A stretch of 64,000 nt of DNA from the NCBI RefSeq assembly GCF_018977255.1, contig NW_024704743.1:54500001-54564000 (forward strand), read 5' to 3'. The position numbers and the translations under genes were made by a program. The notes under the pieces are model-generated. The model was not told the origin of the DNA. It made no database searches and was given only the letters and a program-made list of their open reading frames with translations. Position 1 is the stretch's first letter. Each line of letters starts with the position of its first letter. This DNA is from Callorhinchus milii (lineage: Eukaryota). Below, in pieces: positions 53,701 through 61,665 of this stretch.

Positions 53701-56700
53701 TTATAAGGCGGTCGATCAGTCTTCAAATTGATCTTTCAGACCCTCCTCTTCGACCCTGCCTTCGATAATCCTCCTTTCCCCCTGCCCTCCACCCTCCCTG
53801 ATCCCGATCCCCAGCTCAGGTCCGAAACACTGACTTTTCAGCTGGCTGGGTCATCCTTTTGATGTGAAAGGCGCCATACAGTTGTAATTTTGTTGATGCT
53901 GTTGTTTCAGAGTTCCTTGAGAACACTGTGCAGGGTGTTTCTCTTTCGTGAGACCTACTTACCATTCCTTGAAGGGGATCGTAAAATCTCTGCAGCAGTT
54001 GAACAGTAGTGCTTTTTCCACAACCACTGCTTCCCACCAAAGCCAACGTTTGTCCACTCTCAACCTTCAGATTTATACCTCTCAGAATCTAGTGAAAGAT
54101 TGAGAGCAATTCCAAGTATTTATCAAGAGCTGAAGTCATCTTTAAAGAGTTATTATAAATAGACATTTTTTTTCCCGGTCAGCCAGGTGTGGGACACGCA
54201 CAGAGGCATGAGTACCCGCACTGAACTACTGAGAGCCCTCTCATATTTCCATTTGTGTAGAATGGAGTGCATAATTTCTCCCCAGAGAAACACAATCTCC
54301 TCACTTTATTCTGGAAAGTTTTAGCTGCAGGTTGGCAACGCCTGGCTTTGGGGATCCTGGAGTATGCACCGGGGTTACTCAAACCAACTAAAAACATGTC
54401 ATCACAAACACTGGCAACCTTCCTAACGGTTTTCCTGTTGGGACTACCCCTACCTCTTAGGGTTTTGGTATTATTGGGAGTCAAATAAGAAGCTTCTGTA
54501 ATATTGAACTGATTTGTTTTTAATCCTACTTTACTATTTGTGATATCAAATATTCTCCTCTCAATACCTCCACATCTGGTCGTGATGGATAGTTGAAGTA
54601 TACATCCTTAAATTCCACTGTTCCTTTGATGTATTCGGGCTTATACCCTTCTTCTGAAAAACTATCCATGGCAGATTTCTGAAAGGAAGATATGAAAAAG
54701 GTCAACGGGGGAATGAACAGTATTTTGTTTATAATGGAATTGATGCAAAATGTGGAGTCTAGGCTGACATTCCATTGCAATGTTAGGAGATTATTGCATT
54801 ATCAGAGAATTGAAATCAAGATGCCATAAGCACAGAAGATTGGCTTGGATGAAAAAGGTCCTTCAGCCAATCTGTTCTCATCCTTTCAGAACTCCCACCA
54901 CCACCAACAACAATAACTTGCATTTATATAGTGCCCTTCATATTGGCTAGTGTCTCGTAGTGATTAATGGTGGTGGAGCCTGATGTCGAGTCAGGGGGAG
55001 TCGGAAGGTGACCATAAACACGGTCAAAGAGGAAGATCTTCAAATGTAACCTGAAAATGGGGAGAGCGGGGATTGAGGGACAGAGTTCCACAGCATCGGG
55101 GTACAGTGACTGAAAGCACGGCTGCCGATGGTGGGGTGGTGGGTCCGGACAAGGAGGAGGCAGGAGCCGGTCGAGCAAAGGCAACGGGTAGTGGTGTAGG
55201 GAAAGAGCAGGTTGAAGACATAGTAGAGTGCCAGGGCATAAAGGGATTTAAACACAAGGGTGAGGTGCTTGAAACCAATCTGCTCTGTGACAGGGAGCCA
55301 ATGGAGGAAATCCAAACCCAATATCTACTGCATTATGTTGCACTAATAGGTGCGAAACAAAATAAAGCCTTCAAAATCAATCCCTTCATTACCTCATCCA
55401 ATATTTTATAAATTTCAAAGGCAGCTCCTCTGGCATCAGAAAATGCTTCGAAATATGGTGCAGTCTGGCCGATAGAGAAGGTCCCAAAGATGATAGCGAA
55501 AAAAATCTACAAAATGAATGCAGATGGAGGAAGTATTAGAAATATAATTAAGAAAAGGGTCTCCTCACTGAACCAATCGTGGCCATTCAGGCACAATTCA
55601 CTGTGCATTGCTATCATATAACCCCTCTCCCTATCAGGACTTTCCGATTTATTTCCTTGAGCAGTACAGTAGAATATTAAGCACCTCGCTTGATTAAAAG
55701 TTTAGTCATTACACATGCACATACTGTATGAGTGAACTTCAAAGTGAAGCTCACTCATACAGTAGCTGTATGTGTTGTGACCAAAAGCTTCATGGTCCAT
55801 GTTATGTTTGTACCTGGCTTCCATCAACAATCATTTTACAATGGCATAAATGTTGGTGGGAATCAGGTACTAATATAAATACTTATGCAGTAAAAGAAAG
55901 ATAGGCACTATTTCGTTTTTTTCTTACTCTATAAGTATTCCTAAATTTAGGGACCTTCCCATCATAAAACCTTGCATGCGCGTTGCTGGATTCTCTCCCA
56001 GCCTAGCGTCAAGCGCAGTAGTCCTGCCCTCACCTCCACTCTTGCCTCATTTCTCCATCCCGGTTGCATGCTCTCTCTCACACACATCCCAGCACTGGAA
56101 AAAGCCAGCAACCAGCAATGGAGAAAAAAACAGTTAGGCTGGTTCGTGATCCTCTGAAACATTCTAGCCACCTAATTTTGGGTTGTGGCCCTTAGGTTGT
56201 GAAATCCGGGTTTACAATCTATCCTATGAAGCACTTTGAGACATCTCAACAACATGATAAGGTGCTCTATTGAGGATTATTAAATTATTGTATTATTTTT
56301 TAATGTATTTTACTTACAGTGAGAACTGTTCCAATGTCATATCCAGTGTTCCCAAGAATCAGAATGGTTCCATACCAAAATCCCAATGCATAAGATCCGA
56401 ATAATAAAAAATAGGCAAACCCAACAGACAGGTTAATAGTGATCGACTTCTTTACTCCTATCTTTTTTGCCTCTCGCAAATTTTTACGGTACCTTTTGTA
56501 AAGAAAGAATGAAAATACATTTTGTAATTGCATAATAAATACCCAATACTTGTACAGGTTCATGGGCATTCACCTTACAGACCTTTCAATTTCTTTGTCT
56601 TGTCCTCCAAAGGCAACCACAGTTCGAATTGATGATAACACTTCTTCAGCAACTGCCCCAGCTTTTGCGTAGGCTGTCATCTCCAAATTGGTGAATGAGA

Positions 56701-59700
56701 CTGTGAGCTATATGCAGAAAAAAACACTATCACTGATGCCATGAATCAATCAAACCCTAAAATGTTATAACTAATAGCTTATGATTTTTATATTCAATGT
56801 ATACTGTGAATTATTAAGAGTTATAAAGACATTGTTGCTATTCCACATTGCATTGATAGTGTCAACTTGCTTTGGTTAATACCATTCTCGCTTCTGAGTA
56901 AGATGTTATGGGTTATGGACTCAAAGGCCATATCTAGCCTTTGAGTCAAACCTGACATTCCAATACAGGGCTGGAGGAAAGCTGCATTGTCAGTCTTTTC
57001 CAACTGCTTACACAGGTCCTGTCTGTCTGTTGAGATGGATGTTAAAGATCCCATGGCATATTCAAAAAGAGAAGCCAGGAGTAACACAGGCCAACTGTTT
57101 CCCATTGACATTTTGTTTGCCTTTTGGTCTTTGCTAACTGATTTGCAATTGACAATTTGCAAACTCGAATGTTCCAAACCAGAAATCGTAAATCAGAAGA
57201 TGCAATTAAGACATGAGACACAACCCTGCATGAAGAGCACTATATGAATGCAAGTTGTTGTTGGTGGTTGTCAAATGGTCACCAAATGGTCAAATTTACA
57301 TACTGTTTCTGAGACATATTATTAAAATAATTCTTATCATGTAGTCGACATGACTCAAAGACTTCCCAGGATCTCACTGTGCCTTTGTAGGAAAATACGG
57401 TACTCAATCTGCACTCAGCTATTTCCCACAACAGCTATGAAGTGAATGACTGATTTTATTTGGGGGATTGTTGGTCACAACTCTGGGAAAAACTCTCTTC
57501 TCTTTTCAAATAGTTCCATGTGATTTTTAACAGGTATCTGAACAGGCAGACTAGGTTTAACATTTCATCTGAAGTGGCACTTCTATCAATGAGCACATCC
57601 CTGGGGCTGTATTGGAGTGTCAGCCTAGATTTTGAGTCCAAAGTCTTGACATAGTGCTTGAACCCACACCTTCAAAAGTGAGGGTGCGACAAACTGAGTC
57701 AGGCTGACATGTTTTACTTCATCTGCACTTACCTTAGCCCACACCATAGCAGATAATGCGAGGGCTGGACCAGCAGCTAACATGACCAATGTGAGCTTCC
57801 ATCCCTTTATGAAACCAATTATTACACCTCCTACGAACGATGTGAGATACTGAAACAAAAGTCCAATCTTGTCACCAATTCCTTCATTAATCTTGTTGAT
57901 GTCACTGTTCATTAAAAAAAGTCAGTTTGAACATGATTAAAATGCTGCTATTGACAAGAACGAGGCGATAAGTAAAAAGGTGCTCATTTATCTCTTGTAA
58001 ACTCAATCATAATCTTACGCTGTGAGACGAGTGTTGAGTTGGCCTGTTGGACTAAGGTCAAACCAACTTATTTCTTTTCCAAGCACTGAGTGAAAAAATG
58101 CCTTTCGGAGTCTTCTTGTTTGTCTTGCTGAAGTCAGGACCCAGAAGGAAACTTGAATGTAACCACAAATCAGGGCTATCCCAGCAATTCCAAGATAGTA
58201 ATAGGAAAACCTGGAACAAAAGTGATATGTAGTTCATTGCCATTGTGAGACATTGCTGTGCATAAATTGGCTGCTGCATTTGACTAAAAGCCCCAGACCA
58301 CTTGACAGTGGTGGAGCACGACTCCGAGCCGGGGGCAGGGATTGGTGACCATAGGCACAGTCTAATAGGAAGGTCTTCAGGCGAGACCTGAAAATGTGGA
58401 ACGAGGGGGCAAGGCGGAGGGATAGAGAAAGAGTGTTTCAGAGTTTCGGAGCACCCTCACTCAGCCTCTGGCCTCAAAGATTAAAAACCAGCTTGGCAGA
58501 GAAAATAGGCTTGTCTAAAACCTCACCAGAGCCACCAGGCTGCTGCAATTTGTACTTAACACATTGGCAATAAATTGTTAAAGATCATTATACATTATCA
58601 CAGTCACTACACTTTACAGTATATTATGTGAAGCGCTTTGAGATGTCTTGAAGACATGATAAGGTGCTATAACAAGTGCAAGGATTATTATTATTATAAA
58701 TGGGTTAGTTTGGATTTTACAAAGGCAACTGAATAACAGATTCATTTTGTGTTGCCTACTCATTAGAATCCCTTCAAGTCCTGGCATCTCACTACCTCTC
58801 CGACCTGCTTACTCTCCTTCTCATTACCTTCTGCCTCTTCTCGACTGGCTCCGACCTCCTGCTTATCCCTCATGACCTCCGCTCCACCATCAGCTTTTAG
58901 GCTTTCAGCCAGACCCCAAAATTCTGGATCACTCTTCCTTTAACTGTGCCTTGCCCACTTCTTGCCCATCTTCGGGTTACACCTGAAGATGTTCCGCTTC
59001 GACCGCGCCTATGGTCACCTCCCCCCAGCTCAGTGTCATGCTGCGCCACTGTCAAGTGCTCTGGGACATTACCCTGCGTGAGGGGCACTATATAAGTGCA
59101 AGTTGTTGTTGTTGTAGAATGAAAACTAAGAATTAAACTAATGTTAACGAATGGACTAGATCCAAAATATCTTTTAGTCTTGGCCTGTAAGACTATTTTG
59201 TCTTTAAGATTAAGTTGGTGCTGAATTGTGGAAAATTCTTCAATTGAGATTTAATTTGGAAATGGGCTCTTATTAAACATTGCAAAAAATCAGCTTCCAA
59301 ATTAAGACTTTATTTGAGAATTTTCCACAATTTTGCGTTCTCTTCAATATTAGTACAAAACAGTTTCTATAAGCAATGATACTCTAGAATTTTGAGCTTA
59401 CATTTTTTACTTTATCTTACTAAGCCCTTCCAAATTAAATTGTTATAACTCATGAAATGTACAATATTTTTGTTGAATGTTGTGTCTCCTCATTATATTA
59501 TAATCGTGGAGTCCTGTAGCTCAGTGGTTAGAGCACTCGCTTTGCAAGCGAGAGAACTGAGTTCAGTTCCAGGCAGAGCGAAACCTTGGGCAAGTTTCCT
59601 TGCTCCACACCCCTAATAATAATCCCTCCAAAACCAAAAACAATTATAAATTGGTCATTTTCAATCTACGACTGTTTGTGGGACATTGCTGTGCGCACTT

Positions 59701-61665
59701 GGCTGCCGCGTTTGCCCACAAATATACAGTCAATTCACTTTACAGTGTCTTCTGTGAAGCGCTTTGGGACGTCCTCCCAACGTGAAAAGCGCTATATCAA
59801 ATGCAAGGATTATTATTATTATTATTATATTTGAACCCATATAATCCATGCTAATTCTCCAATGTAGTACTACAGATGTGCTGCATTCTTGGAGGTGCCA
59901 TCCCTTGGATGAGACTTAATAGCGTGGCTCTGTTTTCCTGTTAGGCTGGATGAAACACTGCTGTGCGCAATTGGCTGCTGCGTTTCACCCACAATATATA
60001 CAGTCTATTCGCTTTACAGTATGTTCTGTCAAGCCCTATGAAATGTCTCGAAGACGTAATAAGGCCCGATATTAAATGGAAGTATTATTATATTATTTAT
60101 CTTAAGGATCCTGTGGCAATATTCAAAAAGAGAAGAAAATTGCTTATGTTATCCTGGCCAGCACAATGCCCCCAGGAAATATTCGTCATTCAGTTCATTC
60201 CTGTTGTGGGACATTGTCTTGCACAAATTTATAGGCAAACACAGCAATCATTGTTGTGTTTGCCTATAAAAATACATAGTCACTGTGCTTTACAATATAT
60301 CCTGTGAAGCACTTTGACATACCCTCTTGACAAGAAAGGTGCTATATCAAATGCAGCATTATTATTATGCACCCTTTCAACATACTTAATGTAATAGTAC
60401 TTACTGTGCCATTTGTTTGACAAAAGAGAGATTGCCACTGTTTGTCTCATTTGCTGCAAGACATGAAGTAAAAGAACAATTGTAAAACAGGAAAAAGTAA
60501 TTAACTTTGCTTTCAGTGCATTGATAACCACAATGTATATTTCATTTCACCCATAAAATATCCAGTCAATTCACTTTACAGTATATTCTATGAAGAGCTT
60601 TGGGATATCTGTAAGACATAAGGCCCTATGTCAAATGCAAGAATTATTATTATTATTAATTTAGTTATACTTAATTGGGATAGGGAAGATATTAGATGAG
60701 GTTGCACACATCTATTTACAGGCTGACCCTATTGTAATGGCCCTCTGTATAACATGGATTTGCTTATATCGTGGTACAGTACACCTCTGGCTGCTGATAT
60801 CACTTCCTGTACAGTGTGCCATTAGAGGCACTTCCTGTGCATAGGGTCAGCCTGTATTTTGCATTGATTGTGATATGATTACTGCCCACATCAAACACCC
60901 ACTTCTACTCAAAATATAGTGCTTTGTCAGTTATGTTTGTGTTTTGAGCCATCCTATTGTTTATCGCTGTATTGAGATAGGAGTGTATCATTTGCGATGT
61001 TTAATAGATAAAATAAGTTTTGTTTACCAGTCTATATGTATTAAAGTCTAAGAATTTATCTGAAAATGCCTTTGTACTGCCCTGTACCTTTATAATAGAT
61101 CTGTATCTAGATGCTCCTTTACCCTGGAGGATAATTGCTGACGACAACTTCATTTCTAACTACAAATTTCCATTTCTACTGTCGATTTCCCTCTAAGATT
61201 GTCTAGAAATGGTAATTTTTGCAGCTGCAAAATGGGACTGAATTACAATGCTCCATTTTCTCCATAAAATACTGGCTGATAAATAACAAAACTTACAATA
61301 ACTGAACCCAGCAGGTTCCATGTTGAACCTGTTACAGTTAGATTATACAGCAATTGAACTGATCACCAGATTGGTAAACTGCCTACTATCAGTAGGTTAT
61401 CAAATAAATAAGGTAGATTTTCAGTTTTGTTGTTTCTTTACCTTGAATAATCTCTACTCTGATCACCACAATAGAGATAGTTGTATAAAAATATTTACAA
61501 AATGGTAGGTTTCTTACATGAGGTGTTTGAAGGTGCCTCAGATATAAAGCCATTGGTCATGTCACCATATACAACACACAAGAGTGGAAGGCACATCCCG
61601 TGAATTACTGCGGCTATCAGTCCTATCACCATCAACATAATGTCCACTGCGTCTGCAAAATGGAA
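14513..61665 (-). CDS. ABCB5: Full-length ABCB (P-glycoprotein/MDR) transporter, best match ABCB5; 25 coding exons in window, N-terminal exon(s) missing
   Basis: 25 exons with canonical AG/GT and consistent phases, total 3678 nt. Both NBDs have Walker [10 protein letters not shown]-loop SQEP, LSGGQ, ILLLDE, SALD and AHRL. ABCB5-like segments: [65 protein letters not shown]-terminal LVNAQVIQ*. Paralog call is from recalled alignments, not a tree. Confidence 0.85.
15261..15541 (-). mobile_element. tRNA-derived SINE, 5'-truncated
   Basis: B-box remnant, cagggcgaaaccttgggcaagtttcc body, L2-type tail, (TTA)n. Confidence 0.9.
16350..16496 (-). CDS. ABCB5: ABCB5 coding exon w24 (NBD2 signature/Walker B), 147 nt
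   Basis: [49 protein letters not shown]. Confidence 0.96.
17232..17438 (-). CDS. ABCB5: ABCB5 coding exon w23 (NBD2 Q-loop), 207 nt
   Basis: [44 protein letters not shown]...[12 protein letters not shown]. Confidence 0.96.
17655..18285 (-). pseudogene. Degenerate local duplicate of the 3' part of ABCB5 exon w23 plus its donor, split by a SINE
   Basis: Aligns to 17180-17364: [12 protein letters not shown] [SINE 17806-18248] [30 protein letters not shown]|gtaagt, followed by a matching intron flank (taagtagagaca.tcattaagtta.gattaaatgtaa). Confidence 0.85.
17806..18248 (-). mobile_element. tRNA-derived SINE, long variant
   Basis: tRNA head, extra central segment of about 130 nt, shared tail, (TTA)n. 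Confidence 0.88.
18989..20230 (-). mobile_element. CR1 LINE fragment with internal deletion
   Basis: [36 protein letters not shown]; 3' UTR ending in (ATGTTCTT)-type repeats. Confidence 0.92.
20240..21860 (+). mobile_element. Older, different CR1 RT fragment (contains a short SINE tail at about 20625-20730)
   Basis: [58 protein letters not shown], with stops and frameshifts. Confidence 0.85.
21904..22101 (-). CDS. ABCB5: ABCB5 coding exon w22 (NBD2 Walker A), 198 nt
   Basis: [66 protein letters not shown]. Confidence 0.96.
22858..23072 (+). mobile_element. CR1 3'-end fragment
   Basis: agagtagtgggaatctggaactctct...gatcagccatg...gacctactcctgttcc, similar to the other CR1 3' ends. Confidence 0.7.
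23494..23650 (-). CDS. ABCB5: ABCB5 coding exon w21 (TM12), 157 nt
   Basis: [52 protein letters not shown]. Confidence 0.95.
24072..24822 (-). mobile_element. L2 fragment with internal deletion
   Basis: RT C-terminal frames ([20 protein letters not shown]) and L2 tail. Confidence 0.85.
24823..25079 (+). mobile_element. tRNA-derived SINE, 5'-truncated
   Basis: Body and tail match the family; (TTA)n. Confidence 0.9.
25308..25448 (-). CDS. ABCB5: ABCB5 coding exon w20, 141 nt
   Basis: [47 protein letters not shown]. Confidence 0.95.
26345..26445 (-). CDS. ABCB5: ABCB5 coding exon w19, 101 nt
   Basis: [34 protein letters not shown]. Confidence 0.95.
28000..28402 (+). mobile_element. L2 3' fragment
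   Basis: [21 protein letters not shown]; tail ...tgaaaggtgctgtacaaatgtaatttgttgttg. Confidence 0.75.
28499..31515 (-). mobile_element. CR1 LINE, near-complete ORF2 (APE endonuclease plus RT), frameshifted
   Basis: [48 protein letters not shown]; 3' tail (TTCTTATG)n. Confidence 0.95.
31611..31814 (-). CDS. ABCB5: ABCB5 coding exon w18, 204 nt
   Basis: [18 protein letters not shown]...GWQLTL...[21 protein letters not shown]. Confidence 0.95.
31898..32026. mobile_element. Small hAT-like MITE
   Basis: CAGTGCTGGACAAACTACGG...AGATTGGCACCGTCTG; imperfect TSD GTCTACAC/GTCTAGGT. Confidence 0.5.
32729..32812 (-). CDS. ABCB5: ABCB5 coding exon w17, 84 nt
   Basis: [28 protein letters not shown]. Confidence 0.95.
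33311..34085 (-). mobile_element. Degenerate L2 3' fragment interrupted by a SINE
   Basis: (AAC)n tail at 33311; gggagccagtggagcctggcaagg segment (ARLHWLP on the minus strand). Confidence 0.6.
33649..33965 (-). mobile_element. Full-length tRNA-Ala(UGC)-derived SINE, TSD AGGTA
   Basis: A-box GTAGCTCAGTGG, anticodon loop TTTGCAA, B-box GTTCAATTCC; AGGTA at 33644-33648 and 33966-33970. Confidence 0.93.
34700..35284 (+). mobile_element. L2 3' fragment
   Basis: [38 protein letters not shown]; (GTT)n tail. Confidence 0.85.
35914..35991 (-). CDS. ABCB5: ABCB5 coding exon w16, 78 nt
   Basis: [26 protein letters not shown]. Confidence 0.95.
36460..37256. repeat. CT-rich low-complexity tract
   Basis: ctctctcaatcactctct-like units. 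Confidence 0.9.
37257..37544. mobile_element. hAT/Charlie-like element end, homologous to 5352-5645
   Basis: Shared blocks cacta.ctgcagtg.cagga, gctgcgtcctcccaacc...ggctcctgc, gttggaaatggt, cctgttgga. Confidence 0.65.
37615..37932 (+). mobile_element. Full-length tRNA-Ala SINE, TSD AAGGGT, inserted in a Deu-type SINE head
   Basis: A/B boxes; AAGGGT at 37609-37614 and 37933-37938. Confidence 0.93.
38613..38717 (-). CDS. ABCB5: ABCB5 coding exon w15, 105 nt
   Basis: [35 protein letters not shown]; ccag/gtaag. Confidence 0.93.
38975..39618 (+). mobile_element. L2 3' fragment
   Basis: [34 protein letters not shown]; (GTT)n tail. Confidence 0.85.
39886..40035 (-). CDS. ABCB5: ABCB5 coding exon w14 (TM7), 150 nt
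   Basis: [50 protein letters not shown]. Confidence 0.95.
40543..42692 (-). mobile_element. CR1 fragment split by an L2 insertion (40543-40711 and 41596-42692)
   Basis: Same 3' UTR as the 28.5-kb copy; [27 protein letters not shown]. Confidence 0.9.
40712..41595 (+). mobile_element. L2 3' fragment inserted into a CR1 (same subfamily as 3168-4990)
   Basis: 233-aa RT C-terminal frame closely similar to ORF 3225-3920; (GTT)n tail. Confidence 0.9.
42909..43229 (+). mobile_element. Full-length tRNA-Ala SINE inside the Helitron
   Basis: A/B boxes, CTCGC-CTTGCAA-GCGAG arm, (TTA)n. Confidence 0.93.
44109..44245 (+). mobile_element. Penelope-like relic with minimal hammerhead ribozyme motif (44109-44145)
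   Basis: ggtt CTGACGA a GGGTC atg GACCC GAAA cg TT gact; downstream body shared with the 11.8-kb and 48.2-kb copies. Confidence 0.7.
45476..46428 (-). mobile_element. L2 3' fragment interrupted by a tRNA-SINE
   Basis: [31 protein letters not shown]; (CAA)n tail. Confidence 0.88.
45722..46044 (+). mobile_element. Full-length tRNA-Ala SINE inside an L2, TSD AGAGTG
   Basis: CTCGC-TTTGCAA-GCGAG anticodon arm; AGAGTG at 45716-45721 and 46045-46050. Confidence 0.93.
47162..47558 (-). mobile_element. L2 internal fragment inside the TIR element
   Basis: [34 protein letters not shown]. Confidence 0.8.
47560..48005. repeat. CA/GA-derived minisatellite (ACAATCACAGACACTC-like unit)
   Basis: Tandem units of about 14-16 nt; a related tract lies at 47035-47160. 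Confidence 0.9.
48141..48405. mobile_element. Penelope-like relic with inverted arms of about 74 bp and a degenerate hammerhead
   Basis: 48141-48214 is the near reverse complement of 48300-48373. Confidence 0.7.
48681..48839 (-). CDS. ABCB5: ABCB5 coding exon w13 (linker), 159 nt
   Basis: Open phase-0 exon [12 protein letters not shown]...[30 protein letters not shown] with aag/gtaatg; charged, Ser-rich linker in the expected position. Confidence 0.85.
49511..49672 (-). CDS. ABCB5: ABCB5 coding exon w12 (NBD1 H-loop), 162 nt
   Basis: [54 protein letters not shown]. Confidence 0.96.
49845..50015 (-). CDS. ABCB5: ABCB5 coding exon w11 (NBD1 signature/Walker B), 171 nt
   Basis: [57 protein letters not shown]. 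Confidence 0.96.
51398..51601 (-). CDS. ABCB5: ABCB5 coding exon w10 (NBD1 Q-loop), 204 nt
   Basis: [41 protein letters not shown]...[12 protein letters not shown]. Confidence 0.96.
51962..53085 (-). mobile_element. L2 fragment
   Basis: [29 protein letters not shown]; (CAA)n tail. Confidence 0.9.
53963..54088 (-). CDS. ABCB5: ABCB5 coding exon w9 (NBD1 Walker A), 126 nt
   Basis: [42 protein letters not shown]. Confidence 0.96.
54568..54678 (-). CDS. ABCB5: ABCB5 coding exon w8, 111 nt
   Basis: [37 protein letters not shown] (A-loop Y). Confidence 0.95.
54905..55305 (-). mobile_element. L2 3' fragment
   Basis: [23 protein letters not shown]2 tail. Confidence 0.75.
55393..55506 (-). CDS. 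ABCB5: ABCB5 coding exon w7, 114 nt
   Basis: [38 protein letters not shown]; gtag/gtaatg. Confidence 0.95.
56318..56492 (-). CDS. ABCB5: ABCB5 coding exon w6, 175 nt
   Basis: [24 protein letters not shown]...[24 protein letters not shown]; preceded by a 90-nt intron. Confidence 0.95.
56583..56707 (-). CDS. ABCB5: ABCB5 coding exon w5, 125 nt
   Basis: [42 protein letters not shown]; tag/gt. Confidence 0.95.
57330..57708 (-). mobile_element. Older Deu-domain-type SINE, best near-full copy; other copies at about 5646-5990, 7785-8020, 11925-12125, 35480-35770, 39624-39815, 50440-50690, 56885-57100 and 59831-60350
   Basis: Recurrent blocks gtcagcctg.ctcagtt..., aatctaggctgacactcc, cagatga.atgttaaa, gatcccatggcactatt.gaaaagag, plus the shared L2-type tail; family name from recollection of shark DeuSINEs. 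Confidence 0.7.
57733..57904 (-). CDS. ABCB5: ABCB5 coding exon w4, 172 nt
   Basis: [18 protein letters not shown]...[24 protein letters not shown]; acag/gtaag. Confidence 0.95.
58019..58210 (-). CDS. ABCB5: ABCB5 coding exon w3, 192 nt
   Basis: [63 protein letters not shown]; ccag/gtaag. Confidence 0.95.
58770..59115 (+). mobile_element. Degenerate L2 3' fragment
   Basis: Similarity to the 3' ends of other L2 copies; (GTT)n tail. Confidence 0.6.
59506..59828 (+). mobile_element. Full-length tRNA-Ala SINE
   Basis: A/B boxes, TGC anticodon arm, ACGTC stem-loop tail, (TTA)n. Confidence 0.93.
60405..60453 (-). CDS. ABCB5: ABCB5 coding exon w2 (extracellular loop 1), 49 nt
   Basis: Pyrimidine-rich ttgcag|(S)[15 protein letters not shown](Q)|gtaagt; phase 1 to phase 2 exactly bridges the neighbouring exons. 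Confidence 0.85.
60719..60854. mobile_element. Tc1/mariner-type (Tigger-like) MITE, 136 bp
   Basis: Perfect 14-bp TIR CAGGCTGACCCTAT flanked by TA on both sides. Confidence 0.8.
61518..61665 (-). CDS. ABCB5: ABCB5 coding exon w1 (TM1), 148 nt
   Basis: cag|[49 protein letters not shown]|gtaag, ends phase 1. Confidence 0.93.

Noticed and set aside
59586..59834. Recurrent 80-120 aa ORF 'MGKFP...CKDYYYYY' in several places, resembling a small gene family
   Set aside because: It is the reading frame of the SINE; the poly-Tyr is the (TTA)n tail and the start is a non-ATG codon.
59831..59854. TTGAACC-N8-CCATGCTAA follows SINE tails at both 43231 and 59831, suggesting 3' transduction
   Set aside because: At 43231 it is Helitron coding sequence (EPPKTMLT). 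At 59831 it aligns with the Deu-type SINE. Best explained as coincidence.
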